The notes under the pieces: model-generated | What the model was told of the DNA's origin: nothing | Database searches by the model: none | The model's input: the letters and a program-made list of their open reading frames with translations, nothing else | Position numbers and translations under genes: made by a program | In this document: piece by piece, positions 55,734 to 64,000 of the stretch | Layout of the letters: each line of letters opens with the position of its first letter | How positions within the stretch are numbered: position 1 is the stretch's first letter | Origin: an uncultured bacterium | Lineage (GTDB): Bacteria > Planctomycetota > Phycisphaerae > Phycisphaerales > SM1A02 | Direction: 5' to 3' | NCBI GenBank assembly: GCA_903961015.1 | Contig: CAJCCX010000061.1 | Location: 6,105-70,104, forward strand | DNA length: 64,000 nt

Positions 55734-57866
55734 CTATTCCTTTTTCTCGAGGTAGTCGCCTAGATTCAATCCAGGCTCTGGTTGTTCCATCTGGACATCA
55801 AATTCGATACGCGAGGGGTCAATTGCAAGTACATATTTGATACGAGCCGCAGCGAGAGCTCGTGACAAAACTGCCATGATCGCTCTTTCTCGATAAATCT
55901 CGGGTGCAGCTCGATAGGAAGGAGCTTGCCCCAAGACTTCGCTCGCAGTTGCGCGAGCGCTCATCAACATGCTCCAGCGTCGCGCTCTGGCAACGCCAAT
56001 AATGCTGGCAGCCTGTGCACGGGCATCAACAATCATATTTTCAATCGTTGAACGTTTTTGCAATGCCTCCGGAGAATCTTTGCCGTGCTCGCGTTCAATG
56101 TCACGAAGCAAGTTGATGTCGAGCACAACCCGACGGGCTATATCAGGACTTCCGACAAGAGTTGACATCGTCGTGTTGACCAATCGATTTGCCTCGTCAA
56201 CAACTTTCCGAGCGTTTTGAATATCGATGGAGAGCTCTTCGAACATCCCCGCAGGCTCACCTGCTGGGGGACGAAGCACGGGAATCAAAATTCCGACAAC
56301 CTCTACGCCACTTCCACTTCGATCGAATGCCGCTTGAATTCTTTGCTTCAACTGAAGGACAAGCGAATCTCCAGTTGGAGAGAGGACTTGGTCGAGGGTT
56401 CGAGTTGAAAGGTATTGACTGACCTCTCGCAGAGCAAGTGCTCTGAGTGCTCGTTCTCTCATATCAAGAATTGTTCTGCGCGAACGAATATCCCCAGAAA
56501 AATTCAGGTACTCAAGTAATCCATCCTCTTTGACTCGATACTCCAAAACAATATCAGCATCAACGAGTGCAAACTGAGTGACCACTTGAGAAGTATCAGT
56601 AGATTGATCTTTTACAGATAAAGGTGATGAAACACCTAGATATCCCAATTGTTCTTGGGTACGGTCAATCGACTTCGCCAAGACGATGAACGGACGCCGA
56701 CTTGAATCAGGCTCTCCCTCGATCGGCCATAGATTGACCTTGGAAGTTGGCAAGAGTTTAGATCCAAGAACAAGCGATCTGATTTGCCCAACATTAAAGC
56801 GTTCAATTGACTCAAATGGCCATGGCCACTTTAAGACAAGGGAACCATGCGCGATCTCGCCGACAACTTTCCCTCCACGCAATCGCACTGCTTGTTCTCC
56901 TGGCTGCACGACAACAACCATAGACATCAAGATGAGTACCACAATGCCAAGAAGAGACAGTCGCAAGATGCTTCGTAAGAGCAATTGATAGCCCCATGAA
57001 CTCGTAATATCGAAACCGAATTGATAGTTGACGGCTTCATTGATGCTTCGAACGATGGAGTCGGGAGCTGCGGCAAGCCCAAGCAATTTGGAATCGAATG
57101 CAGGGCGTGATAGTTCATTGTGTCGACGAGGGCGATAAATGTTTAGTATGAGATTCAAGAAAATTTCAGCAGCTATGATCGCGAGAAAGATTGCTATTCC
57201 GTATGCAATTCCCTCAAGAACTGCTGGCTTTCGAAAAACTTGAAAAACGATTCCGACTGCAATTGCGAGTAAGACGAGTGCGTTGCCGACCATCGCACCA
57301 GCGCCACCACGCAAATTCTGCCATGCCAACTTTTGAGCCATTCCCGCCACAAATCGGGAGAAAATGAATGAAAAAAGTGCGAGGACAGCGCAAATGGCGA
57401 GCTGCCATCCAAGAAAACCCCCAACTCCAAAGGTCACAGCATTGCCCGCAGTATCGTCGAGTCGGGCCAACCAAGTGATCGTGAAGTATGAAATTCCAGA
57501 CAAAAGGATTGCAACAATTCCACTCATTGTGGGCATGAGCCACTGATGCATAAAGAGCAATCGACGGCTCGCAGCTTGGCTCGGTTCGCGTTCTCCTTCA
57601 AACACGCTCTGATCACCAACTCTTCTTTCATCAATCTCCTCATTTTCCAGCGCTTCTATTCGCTCGAGACCATGTTGATGAAACAGAACAATCAAAGAGA
57701 GCCAGATCAAGACTCCAGTCAGGACATAGACAGATGCCAAGATAAAAGATGAATCACCAGTCACCCTTCCAAAGATGAGCAAAAAGAGACCAAGGGGGAC
57801 CTGAATTGCAAGTCCAAAAACCGAGACACGTGTTGCCTGTTGATATACGAATTGATCTCGATTCAT
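55734..57866 (-). CDS. Polytopic membrane domain fused to an SPFH/Band-7 (HflK-like) domain (710 aa)
   Basis: About 6-7 hydrophobic helices in aa 15-330. Then VVVQPGEQAVRLRGGKVVGEIAHGSLVLKWPWPFESIERF (SPFH start) and a helical C-terminal region. First gene of the operon. Confidence 0.75.
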   Translation of the reverse strand: MNRDQFVYQQATRVSVFGLAIQVPLGLFLLIFGRVTGDSSFILASVYVLTGVLIWLSLIVLFHQHGLERIEALENEEIDERRVGDQSVFEGEREPSQAASRRLLFMHQWLMPTMSGIVAILLSGISYFTITWLARLDDTAGNAVTFGVGGFLGWQLAICAVLALFSFIFSRFVAGMAQKLAWQNLRGGAGAMVGNALVLLAIAVGIVFQVFRKPAVLEGIAYGIAIFLAIIAAEIFLNLILNIYRPRRHNELSRPAFDSKLLGLAAAPDSIVRSINEAVNYQFGFDITSSWGYQLLLRSILRLSLLGIVVLILMSMVVVVQPGEQAVRLRGGKVVGEIAHGSLVLKWPWPFESIERFNVGQIRSLVLGSKLLPTSKVNLWPIEGEPDSSRRPFIVLAKSIDRTQEQLGYLGVSSPLSVKDQSTDTSQVVTQFALVDADIVLEYRVKEDGLLEYLNFSGDIRSRRTILDMRERALRALALREVSQYLSTRTLDQVLSPTGDSLVLQLKQRIQAAFDRSGSGVEVVGILIPVLRPPAGEPAGMFEELSIDIQNARKVVDEANRLVNTTMSTLVGSPDIARRVVLDINLLRDIEREHGKDSPEALQKRSTIENMIVDARAQAASIIGVARARRWSMLMSARATASEVLGQAPSYRAAPEIYRERAIMAVLSRALAAARIKYVLAIDPSRIEFDVQMEQPEPGLNLGDYLEKKE

Positions 57867-58035
57867 CTGTGTCAGGAGTTTACGGTCAAATCAATGATTG
57901 GGTTCGGCATTTCGAACAGGGAATGAACGGATTGAAGTCGCCGGTCAGCCTTAAAAATGAAACGGGCACACGCTGATCAAAGTTCCAATCGATGCAAACA
58001 TTTGGAAGCAATGCGCCGTAGAATCGCTTACCGAT

Positions 58036-59073
58036 ATGGGATTTATTGAACAACTTCTGGCAATCGCCAAAAACACTTTCTTTGAGTGCGTTCGTCAACC
58101 AATTTCGCTTGTCATTTTGATCGCCTCGACACTTCTTGTGCTCATGAGTAATCCGCTTTCCGCATTTACCATGATGGATGATCAGAGGATGTATGTTGAT
58201 ATTGGACTCTCAACTGTTTTTATGTGTGGTGCACTCTTAGCTGCATTTCTGGCAACCGCCGTCGTCAATCAAGAAATTTCAAATCGAACGGTGCTTATGG
58301 TTGTCTCCAAACCCGTCTCGCGAGTGACCTTCATCTTGGGGAAGTACCTCGGAGTTACGCTTGCGTTATTCGCCAGCACTGCTGTTCCTGCACTTGGGTT
58401 TCTTCTCGTAGAAGTTCACGGCGTCCTACAAACGGCTGCTGCTCATGTTCGATGGCCATGCGTAGTCTTTGGCGTTTCGGCGGTTTTCTTGACAATCGGC
58501 TCCGCAACTTGGTGCAATTTTTTCTATGGGAAATCTTTCGCCGCCGTTACGACACTCCTTGGCGGTCCTCTCCTGCTTGTCGCATATGTGCTCAGTTTAT
58601 TCTTTGATTGGAATTGGGCCTCGATTCCTGCCGAAAAGGAGTTCCGTTTCGACTTAGTCCTCTCAATTTTGCTGATGTTCCTTTCTCTAGGAATCATTTC
58701 AGCAATTGCTGTGGCAATCAGTACCCGATTGGGGCAAGTGTTAACAATGGGAATCACCCTTGCGATCTTGGTGCTCGGACTGCTTTCGGACTGGATCTTT
58801 GCCAGAAAAATCTTGGCTCTAGAACAGTTGATTTCCGTGCGCGAGGCTGCGAAGGGAGGTTCACTTGATATGGATCACCTTGCACTCTGGGGTTACAAGG
58901 CGGGATATGCCATACTCCCAAATTTCCAGGTTTTCTGGGTCGTTGACGCTGTCAACCAAGAACAACCCATACCTATGGAATATATTTCTCTTGTCGTTCC
59001 CTACGCCGTACTGATGACGTTTGCAGCACTCGCATTAGCAACTGCGATGTTTCAACGCCGCGAAGTGGGATGA
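58036..59073 (+). CDS. ABC-2-type transporter permease-like membrane protein (345 aa)
   Basis: Polytopic. NQEISNRTVLMVVSKPVSRVTFILGKYLG matches the same ABC-2 signature region as the 678-aa protein. Divergent from the SPFH operon. Confidence 0.65.
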   Translation: MGFIEQLLAIAKNTFFECVRQPISLVILIASTLLVLMSNPLSAFTMMDDQRMYVDIGLSTVFMCGALLAAFLATAVVNQEISNRTVLMVVSKPVSRVTFILGKYLGVTLALFASTAVPALGFLLVEVHGVLQTAAAHVRWPCVVFGVSAVFLTIGSATWCNFFYGKSFAAVTTLLGGPLLLVAYVLSLFFDWNWASIPAEKEFRFDLVLSILLMFLSLGIISAIAVAISTRLGQVLTMGITLAILVLGLLSDWIFARKILALEQLISVREAAKGGSLDMDHLALWGYKAGYAILPNFQVFWVVDAVNQEQPIPMEYISLVVPYAVLMTFAALALATAMFQRREVG

Positions 59074-59079
59074 ACAAAC

Positions 59080-60198
59080 TCAACCGCCTGGCTGTGATCC
59101 AGCTTGCATTTCCTTGATCTGCTTTCGCATCTGAACAATCTCTTCCTTCAATTGTTCGATCGCCTCTTCGCCAATTTGCAAGTCGTAAGTCATTTCTGCT
59201 GGGCACTTCTTGTACCAATCGACGATCTTCTGAGTATTACGAATTCGAGCCTGAAGGAAGGCAACGCCACCCTGACTTGATCCTTCAATCCCGCGCTTTT
59301 GTATGAGAAGAGGGACCTCCTCCTTCGCGCCGTTGATCAGTTTTTGCCATTTTTCTGCGATTTCTTTGCCCGCATTGTTGGCTTCGAATTTCGTCGTGTC
59401 ATTCACTCCAAGTTCGCGATACAAGTCCATCTCCGTTGCAGCAGTTCCATCTGAAAACCCAGAATGCTCTGCGGATTGGGCACTGAAATCGAGGTTCTCT
59501 TTGTTATCGCTCAGTTTAAACTCATGCTTGTAATCATTGTAAAAAGTGACCTTGTCTCCAACTTTGTCGTAAGACAATTCGACTTCGGAGTGAACCATTG
59601 CAGGCCCAATTTTGGGGTCCCTATCGCCTGCAGCGCATGCTTCTGCGACTCGCGATTTCCAGTCTTCACGAGCTGATGTAATTTCTTCACGAGTTGCTCC
59701 ATTGAGCATCGTGATTGAACCCAATGCTGCTTCTGGCATGAAATACATTTCATCGCAATAGAGACCCGTAAATGCACCGCCAGAAATTGCCTTTTCGATC
59801 CAAGCGACAAGCCGATGCTTGTTCTTGATTCGAGTCAAGGTTGCAGCAATCAAATCTCCTTCGGTCACGAGACCACCATTGGAATTGATTCGCAAGACAA
59901 TCACTTGACCAGGCCCGAATGTGTCAGCAATCTTTTCAACTTGCTCCATCTCATCATGACGCAAACCGATTCCAACCATGCCATCTAGCGGAAGCACGAA
60001 AACTTGCTTCTTTGTCTTTTGGATTGGAGCCACGGCCGTTGCAGCAGATTTCGCCCCCGCTTTCGAATCCGACTTTGCAGGAACAGTGCTCCCCGGGCTT
60101 TTCGCTGGAGAAGACTGAGCAAAGAGTTGTGATTGACCAGCTAAAAGAATGCACGCAATGCAAATTTGCTTGAATGGCGAAAGTGAAAGATGTTTCAT
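59080..60198 (-). CDS. Secreted NfeD-N/ClpP-fold serine protease-like protein
   Basis: Start ATG at 60198 (MKHLSLSPFKQICIACILLAGQSQLFA), with GGAG 7 nt upstream. VFVLPLDGMVG ... LRINSNGGLV ... KAISGGAFTGLYCDEMYFMPEAALGS aligns with the NfeD/SppA-type ClpP fold (xxSPGG and the Ser-containing AxSAG motif). Coiled-coil C-terminus. Confidence 0.62.
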   Translation of the reverse strand: MKHLSLSPFKQICIACILLAGQSQLFAQSSPAKSPGSTVPAKSDSKAGAKSAATAVAPIQKTKKQVFVLPLDGMVGIGLRHDEMEQVEKIADTFGPGQVIVLRINSNGGLVTEGDLIAATLTRIKNKHRLVAWIEKAISGGAFTGLYCDEMYFMPEAALGSITMLNGATREEITSAREDWKSRVAEACAAGDRDPKIGPAMVHSEVELSYDKVGDKVTFYNDYKHEFKLSDNKENLDFSAQSAEHSGFSDGTAATEMDLYRELGVNDTTKFEANNAGKEIAEKWQKLINGAKEEVPLLIQKRGIEGSSQGGVAFLQARIRNTQKIVDWYKKCPAEMTYDLQIGEEAIEQLKEEIVQMRKQIKEMQAGSQPGG

Positions 60199-60216
60199 AG
60201 AAAACTCCAAAATTTA

Positions 60217-61521
60217 TTACTTGTTTGAAAGACTTGAACCAGGCCCCATACCTCCGCCGCCGCCCTTCTTGCCACCACCTGATGGAGGGGGCGCCGTCGA
60301 TTTACTCAGGCCACGAATCCGTTCTTGCAATCTCAGCAACTCAGTCTCGACTTCCAACTTGGAGAGTCCGAATTCTTGATTCAATTTAATTGCAACCGCA
60401 GGATACTTCTTAATGATTGATAGGACCTTTTCCAAGATCCCCTTTGCCTTCGTCAGATTCTTTTTTTCGTCCTTCCCTTGGGCATCACCCATAGCTTCTT
60501 GGTACTGCGGATACGACTTCGCACAATCTGCAAGTCCTTTTCTCCAACCTTCGATATATTCCCGAACCAAGACTTCACCACCTAGAGGCATTCGCTCGAA
60601 ACTACGAATGCCCCGTTGGTACATCAGATCTTCGATCATAGTTGCGTCATCATCAGAGACCGTCCCATCGGAAAGTCCAAGTTCTTCTGCCATTTCTGAG
60701 GTGAAATGTGCAGTAATTCTTTCGGTGCTTCCATCGACAACCCACGTTCCCTTTGCATCGTCGGACCAGACGATGTCACGGCCCTTGAAACTTGCACTGA
60801 GCATCTTGTCTTCTCGCATCATCGCTAAACCTATGGCTGGGTCATAGCCTCCTGAGATGAGGAAACCGTTGCAGATTCCAACAAATGCTTCACGAAATTT
60901 TGCGCGGACTTCAGGATCAGCAACATTCGTCCGTTCCTGAATACGCTCAAGCCCCATCAATCGGGCTGAGTCTGTCATATACATATTCGGCCAAGATAAT
61001 CCCAACAGTGCGCTGTAGCCAACAGCGTCTCGAACAATCATTATCGGTTCTGCTCCGACTTTTTCGATCACTTCTTTCAAATTTCGTGACATCTTGCGAA
61101 TCCCATCGTCGTCAAAGATTCCGAACTTTCTTGGATCATCACCGAGATACCTCACACTATCGATGTCCGCAGAGTTCAAGACGAATACAACAATGTCTGG
61201 GCGTTTTTCCGTGATATCTTTGGCAATTTGCTCATAAACTTGTGGATGAATATCGAGACCGAATTGCCCTTTGTCTTTTAATCCCATCGGAACGACATAA
61301 ACCGTCTTCGGTTTTTCTGTGGCAATGACGGTCGCGGCTGAAACTGAGGGCTCTTTGCTTGCGACCACTTTGGGAGTGGCCTTTGCCGATTGCGTTGCAG
61401 GTTTCGCAGGCTTGGAAGTCGCAGGTGGTGTTGTCGCAGGCTTCGACTGTGCGAAAGAACTGACATCGAAAAGCGTGATACTTCCTACTGCAAATGCCAA
61501 CAGAATTTTTGTGCGGATCAT
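60217..61521 (-). CDS. Secreted paralogue of the NfeD-N/ClpP-fold protein, motif-degenerate
   Basis: 434 aa. Signal peptide, a Pro/Ala/Thr/Lys linker, then VYVVPMGLKDKGQFG ... VFVLNSADIDS ... RDAVGYSALLGLSWPNMYMTDSARLMG, with the same architecture as the neighbour. Coiled coil plus a Gly-rich tail. Confidence 0.55.
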   Translation of the reverse strand: MIRTKILLAFAVGSITLFDVSSFAQSKPATTPPATSKPAKPATQSAKATPKVVASKEPSVSAATVIATEKPKTVYVVPMGLKDKGQFGLDIHPQVYEQIAKDITEKRPDIVVFVLNSADIDSVRYLGDDPRKFGIFDDDGIRKMSRNLKEVIEKVGAEPIMIVRDAVGYSALLGLSWPNMYMTDSARLMGLERIQERTNVADPEVRAKFREAFVGICNGFLISGGYDPAIGLAMMREDKMLSASFKGRDIVWSDDAKGTWVVDGSTERITAHFTSEMAEELGLSDGTVSDDDATMIEDLMYQRGIRSFERMPLGGEVLVREYIEGWRKGLADCAKSYPQYQEAMGDAQGKDEKKNLTKAKGILEKVLSIIKKYPAVAIKLNQEFGLSKLEVETELLRLQERIRGLSKSTAPPPSGGGKKGGGGGMGPGSSLSNK

Positions 61522-61617
61522 CGCAAGATCATAGCCATAAATCCTCTCAAAACCAATCGTGCCGTTTGGAGTTTTTCTCCATTCGCATGATCAAAAACCT
61601 CAAGGAGCAATTGCCCG

Positions 61618-62868
61618 TCAGCGATTCCATTCGAGGCGAGCCGCGACGATCGCTTCCTCCTTGGAATTGAGAGCCCCTTCCAATTGGAGGTCGTACAATT
61701 GGTCTAAAATCCCTTTGAATCGAGGGCCGGGTTGGAATCCAATTGCGATCAAATCTGAGCCGCTTACAAATGGTTCTGGAGCGAGACCGCCACTCTCTGT
61801 CGCAAGGCGGGCCACGGTCTTGCCAACTTCGATAACGCGCTCGGGCGCGACACCAAACAAAACCTTCAGAGCAGAAGAAAATGCGCTTCGAGATGCGAGG
61901 CGTTTACGAGCCGATGGCGGCAAACTGTCCCACTTTAAATCAAGCGTGGAAACGATCTCAAGAATCTCAATCATCTCCTTGGATTCATTCCCAGACAAAT
62001 TGAGTGATTCCCTCCAAGCACCAGATGAATTATTTGGTGCGCGCTCCGCACGGTCAAGACGCCAAGCAGCCAAGACAGTTGCGAATGAAACTTCGCTCGG
62101 CAATCCAGAAATTCGCGCGCACGCGCCAATCGAATTCGACTCGGCGAGCGCCGGTGCGTCAAGTCCCCATCTCTCAATCAATTGCGCCGAGCGCAAGCGT
62201 GTTGAATGCGAAAACATTCTGCGAAACTCGCCACCGATGCGCTCTCGGCTGACACCACTCAAGTCGCGTGCGGCAGCGCAAATTGCCAGTTCTGTCGCAG
62301 AATCTATTGTCATTTCGAAACGAGCAGCAAAGCGCGCAGCGCGCAGAGTGCGCAGCCGATCTTCACGCAATCGCGCCGACGGATCGCCAATTGCACGAAG
62401 AATTCGATTCGCCAAATCTTTTTGACCGTCAACGAAATCCACAATCTCGCCAGTCAAGGGATGGCGGAAGAGACCATTGATTGTGAAATCTCGACGCTGC
62501 GCATCCTCCTTCGCATTTACAAATCGAACGTCGCTTGGACGACGGCCATCGAGATACTCCCCATCACTTCGGAAAGTAGCCACTTCGATCACGCGACCTT
62601 TCCAATGAACGAGCATGACGCCGAAAGCCTCGCCGACTCCGCGCGCACTGCGGAAAATCTTGGCTATTTCTTCAGGTGGAGCGCTCGTTGCGATATCAAA
62701 ATCGGTGGGTACGAGACCGAGTATTTCATCACGTACACAGCCACCTGCGAAGTATGCGATGAATCCTCGCTCAATGATGAGTCGCGAGACAGCAACTGCG
62801 GCTTCGCGCGGAGTGCATTCAGGCAATCGAGAAGGACTCTCTTGTGAATTGGACTCAGGCTTGTTCAT
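61618..62868 (-). CDS. cca: tRNA nucleotidyltransferase (CCA-adding enzyme) / poly(A) polymerase family protein
   Basis: Start ATG at 62868 (MNKPESNSQ). YFAGGCVRDEILGLVPTDFDIATSAPPEEI and RRDFTINGLF are class II nucleotidyltransferase motifs. 14-nt overlap with the plsC end. Confidence 0.85.
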   Translation of the reverse strand: MNKPESNSQESPSRLPECTPREAAVAVSRLIIERGFIAYFAGGCVRDEILGLVPTDFDIATSAPPEEIAKIFRSARGVGEAFGVMLVHWKGRVIEVATFRSDGEYLDGRRPSDVRFVNAKEDAQRRDFTINGLFRHPLTGEIVDFVDGQKDLANRILRAIGDPSARLREDRLRTLRAARFAARFEMTIDSATELAICAAARDLSGVSRERIGGEFRRMFSHSTRLRSAQLIERWGLDAPALAESNSIGACARISGLPSEVSFATVLAAWRLDRAERAPNNSSGAWRESLNLSGNESKEMIEILEIVSTLDLKWDSLPPSARKRLASRSAFSSALKVLFGVAPERVIEVGKTVARLATESGGLAPEPFVSGSDLIAIGFQPGPRFKGILDQLYDLQLEGALNSKEEAIVAARLEWNR

Positions 62869-63601
62869 CTGCGGGTCCAATCGCTGGGTATACCCCTCCC
62901 GAATGACTACGAAGTCGCATGCGACAGTGATGCATGAGTTCATTCACGCGCCTGCGAATTTCTTCCAAGCCTGCGGGAGCATCGGCGAAGAGGGCCGCAG
63001 ATTCTGTTGGTGAAATGACAGGACCAATCGCTGCCCAAATTCTCCCCTGCAAACGCGGGGCTTTTGCTCCTGTTGGCCAAATATCAAACGCGCCATCAAT
63101 TGCGATCGGCACAATCGGAGCACCCGATTTTCGCGCGAGCAATTCGACGCCTCGACGGAATTCTTTCACTGAACCATCAGGAGATCGAGATCCTTCTGGA
63201 TAGATCATGATTGCACGACCCGCGGCGAGTTCGTCCAGCGCAGTTCGAACGGCATCTCGATTGCCACCATCCGAACGAACTGAGATGCAGTTGAGTGCGC
63301 GCAGGAGCGCACCAAAAAATGGATTGCGAAAAAGTTCTTCTTTCGCCATTGGGCGAGCAACGCGATCACCGACAGCCAGACCGTGAATCATCGGATCCAA
63401 AAATGACTGATGATTTCCGATAAAAATGACAGGCCCGTGACGAGGAACATGATGTGCGCCTTCGACTCGAAAACGGTATCGCCAAGACAATGCGCTTTGA
63501 CAGACCTGCGAGCATGCATCCCAAAATACTGTCTTCGCAAAGCCCGCACCTGGCGCCCGACGCCGGTGGGCGAAAGAATTTCTCACGCACTGCCCCCGCA
63601 A
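62855..63601 (-). CDS. plsC: 1-acyl-sn-glycerol-3-phosphate acyltransferase
   Basis: FIGNHQSFLDP (HxxxxD block) and IYPEGSRS. The track start at 63601 is TTG and overlaps the cmk end, so the exact start is uncertain. Confidence 0.83.
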   Translation of the reverse strand: MRGQCVRNSFAHRRRAPGAGFAKTVFWDACSQVCQSALSWRYRFRVEGAHHVPRHGPVIFIGNHQSFLDPMIHGLAVGDRVARPMAKEELFRNPFFGALLRALNCISVRSDGGNRDAVRTALDELAAGRAIMIYPEGSRSPDGSVKEFRRGVELLARKSGAPIVPIAIDGAFDIWPTGAKAPRLQGRIWAAIGPVISPTESAALFADAPAGLEEIRRRVNELMHHCRMRLRSHSGGVYPAIGPADEQA

Positions 63602-64000
63602 CCACAGCCGACATTTGAATCGTGCAATTTGGCGCGGACGAGACGTTCGAGTTGATGCACGACATCTTGAAATGAAAGATCGCTGGTATCGATTGACACA
63701 GAACCAATCGGTTGTTTTAAGGGACCTTCTGCGCGACCACGATCAGATGCATCACGTTCAACGATTTCAGCAAGTACGCGCTTTTCATCAACCAACTGGC
63801 CACGCGCACGCAATTCTTCAGTGCGTCGATGAGCACGAACCTCAGGACGGGCATCCAACCAAACGCGAACAGTTGCATCTGGAAAGACAACACTTCCCTG
63901 ATCTCGACCTTCCGTGACCAATCTTTCGTGTTGTAGTGCGACCTGCCTTTGAGCGTTTACAAGTCGAACACGAACTTCATGATGAGATGCCACGAGCGAA
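63583..64000 (-). CDS. cmk: Cytidylate kinase, C-terminal part (start lies beyond the window)
   Basis: The frame is open to the window edge. VTEGRDQGSVVFPDATVRVWLDARPEVRAHRR and RDASDRGRAEGPLKQ match the Cmk core and lid. Confidence 0.85.
   Translation of the reverse strand, partial: SLVASHHEVRVRLVNAQRQVALQHERLVTEGRDQGSVVFPDATVRVWLDARPEVRAHRRTEELRARGQLVDEKRVLAEIVERDASDRGRAEGPLKQPIGSVSIDTSDLSFQDVVHQLERLVRAKLHDSNVGCGCGGSA

Noticed and set aside
57990-58035. TAGAAT hexamer (58019-58024) as a -10 box for the 58036 gene
   Set aside because: No acceptable -35 lies at 16-18 nt spacing (TTGGAA is only 11 nt away). The promoter consensus for this lineage is also unknown.
61559-62425. 288-aa plus-strand ORF over the cca gene
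   Set aside because: It is antisense to the nucleotidyltransferase gene. Its Arg/Ser-rich composition marks it as a shadow ORF.

Overview
Gene-dense bacterial chromosomal window with about 55 protein genes and 2 tRNA genes. I recognise no rRNA, CRISPR array, transposase or integrase. All family calls come from motifs read in the supplied translations; no database search was possible.

Layout, left to right:
- rplK (partial)-rplA-rplJ-rplL, an attenuator-type terminator, then rpoB-rpoC. With no visible terminator, two CxxCxxCC (YkgJ-type) proteins and an acidic unknown protein follow.
- A minus-strand block of lpxB plus a complete LIV-type ABC importer (SBP-livH-livM-livG-livF). LivG carries a hydrophobic insertion of about 90 aa.
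- aspS; trxB, translationally coupled to an unknown secreted protein; purD.
- A 1061-aa secreted subtilase-like protein, which appears to have Glu in place of the catalytic Asp, coupled to pgeF.
- tRNA-Ser(GCU), then dedA-sucC-HAD with no sucD.
- A complete MoxR/DUF58/DUF4381-like/BatA-E cluster, then tRNA-Ser(CGA).
- A secreted protein with Cys-rich repeats and a dockerin, then rpoZ.
- A ClC channel coupled to rnpA.
- At the right end, cca, plsC and partial cmk.

The most unusual part is 47.2-61.5 kb. An eight-gene, tightly coupled minus-strand operon encodes three SPFH/Band-7 paralogues (one fused to a polytopic membrane domain), an ABC-2 exporter, a 651-aa unknown, an FAH-family enzyme and YidD. 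Next to it lie a divergent second ABC-2 permease and two tandem secreted NfeD-N/ClpP-fold paralogues.

The protein repertoire and roughly 50 percent G+C (judged by eye) suggest a Planctomycetota/PVC-like organism. That is inference only.
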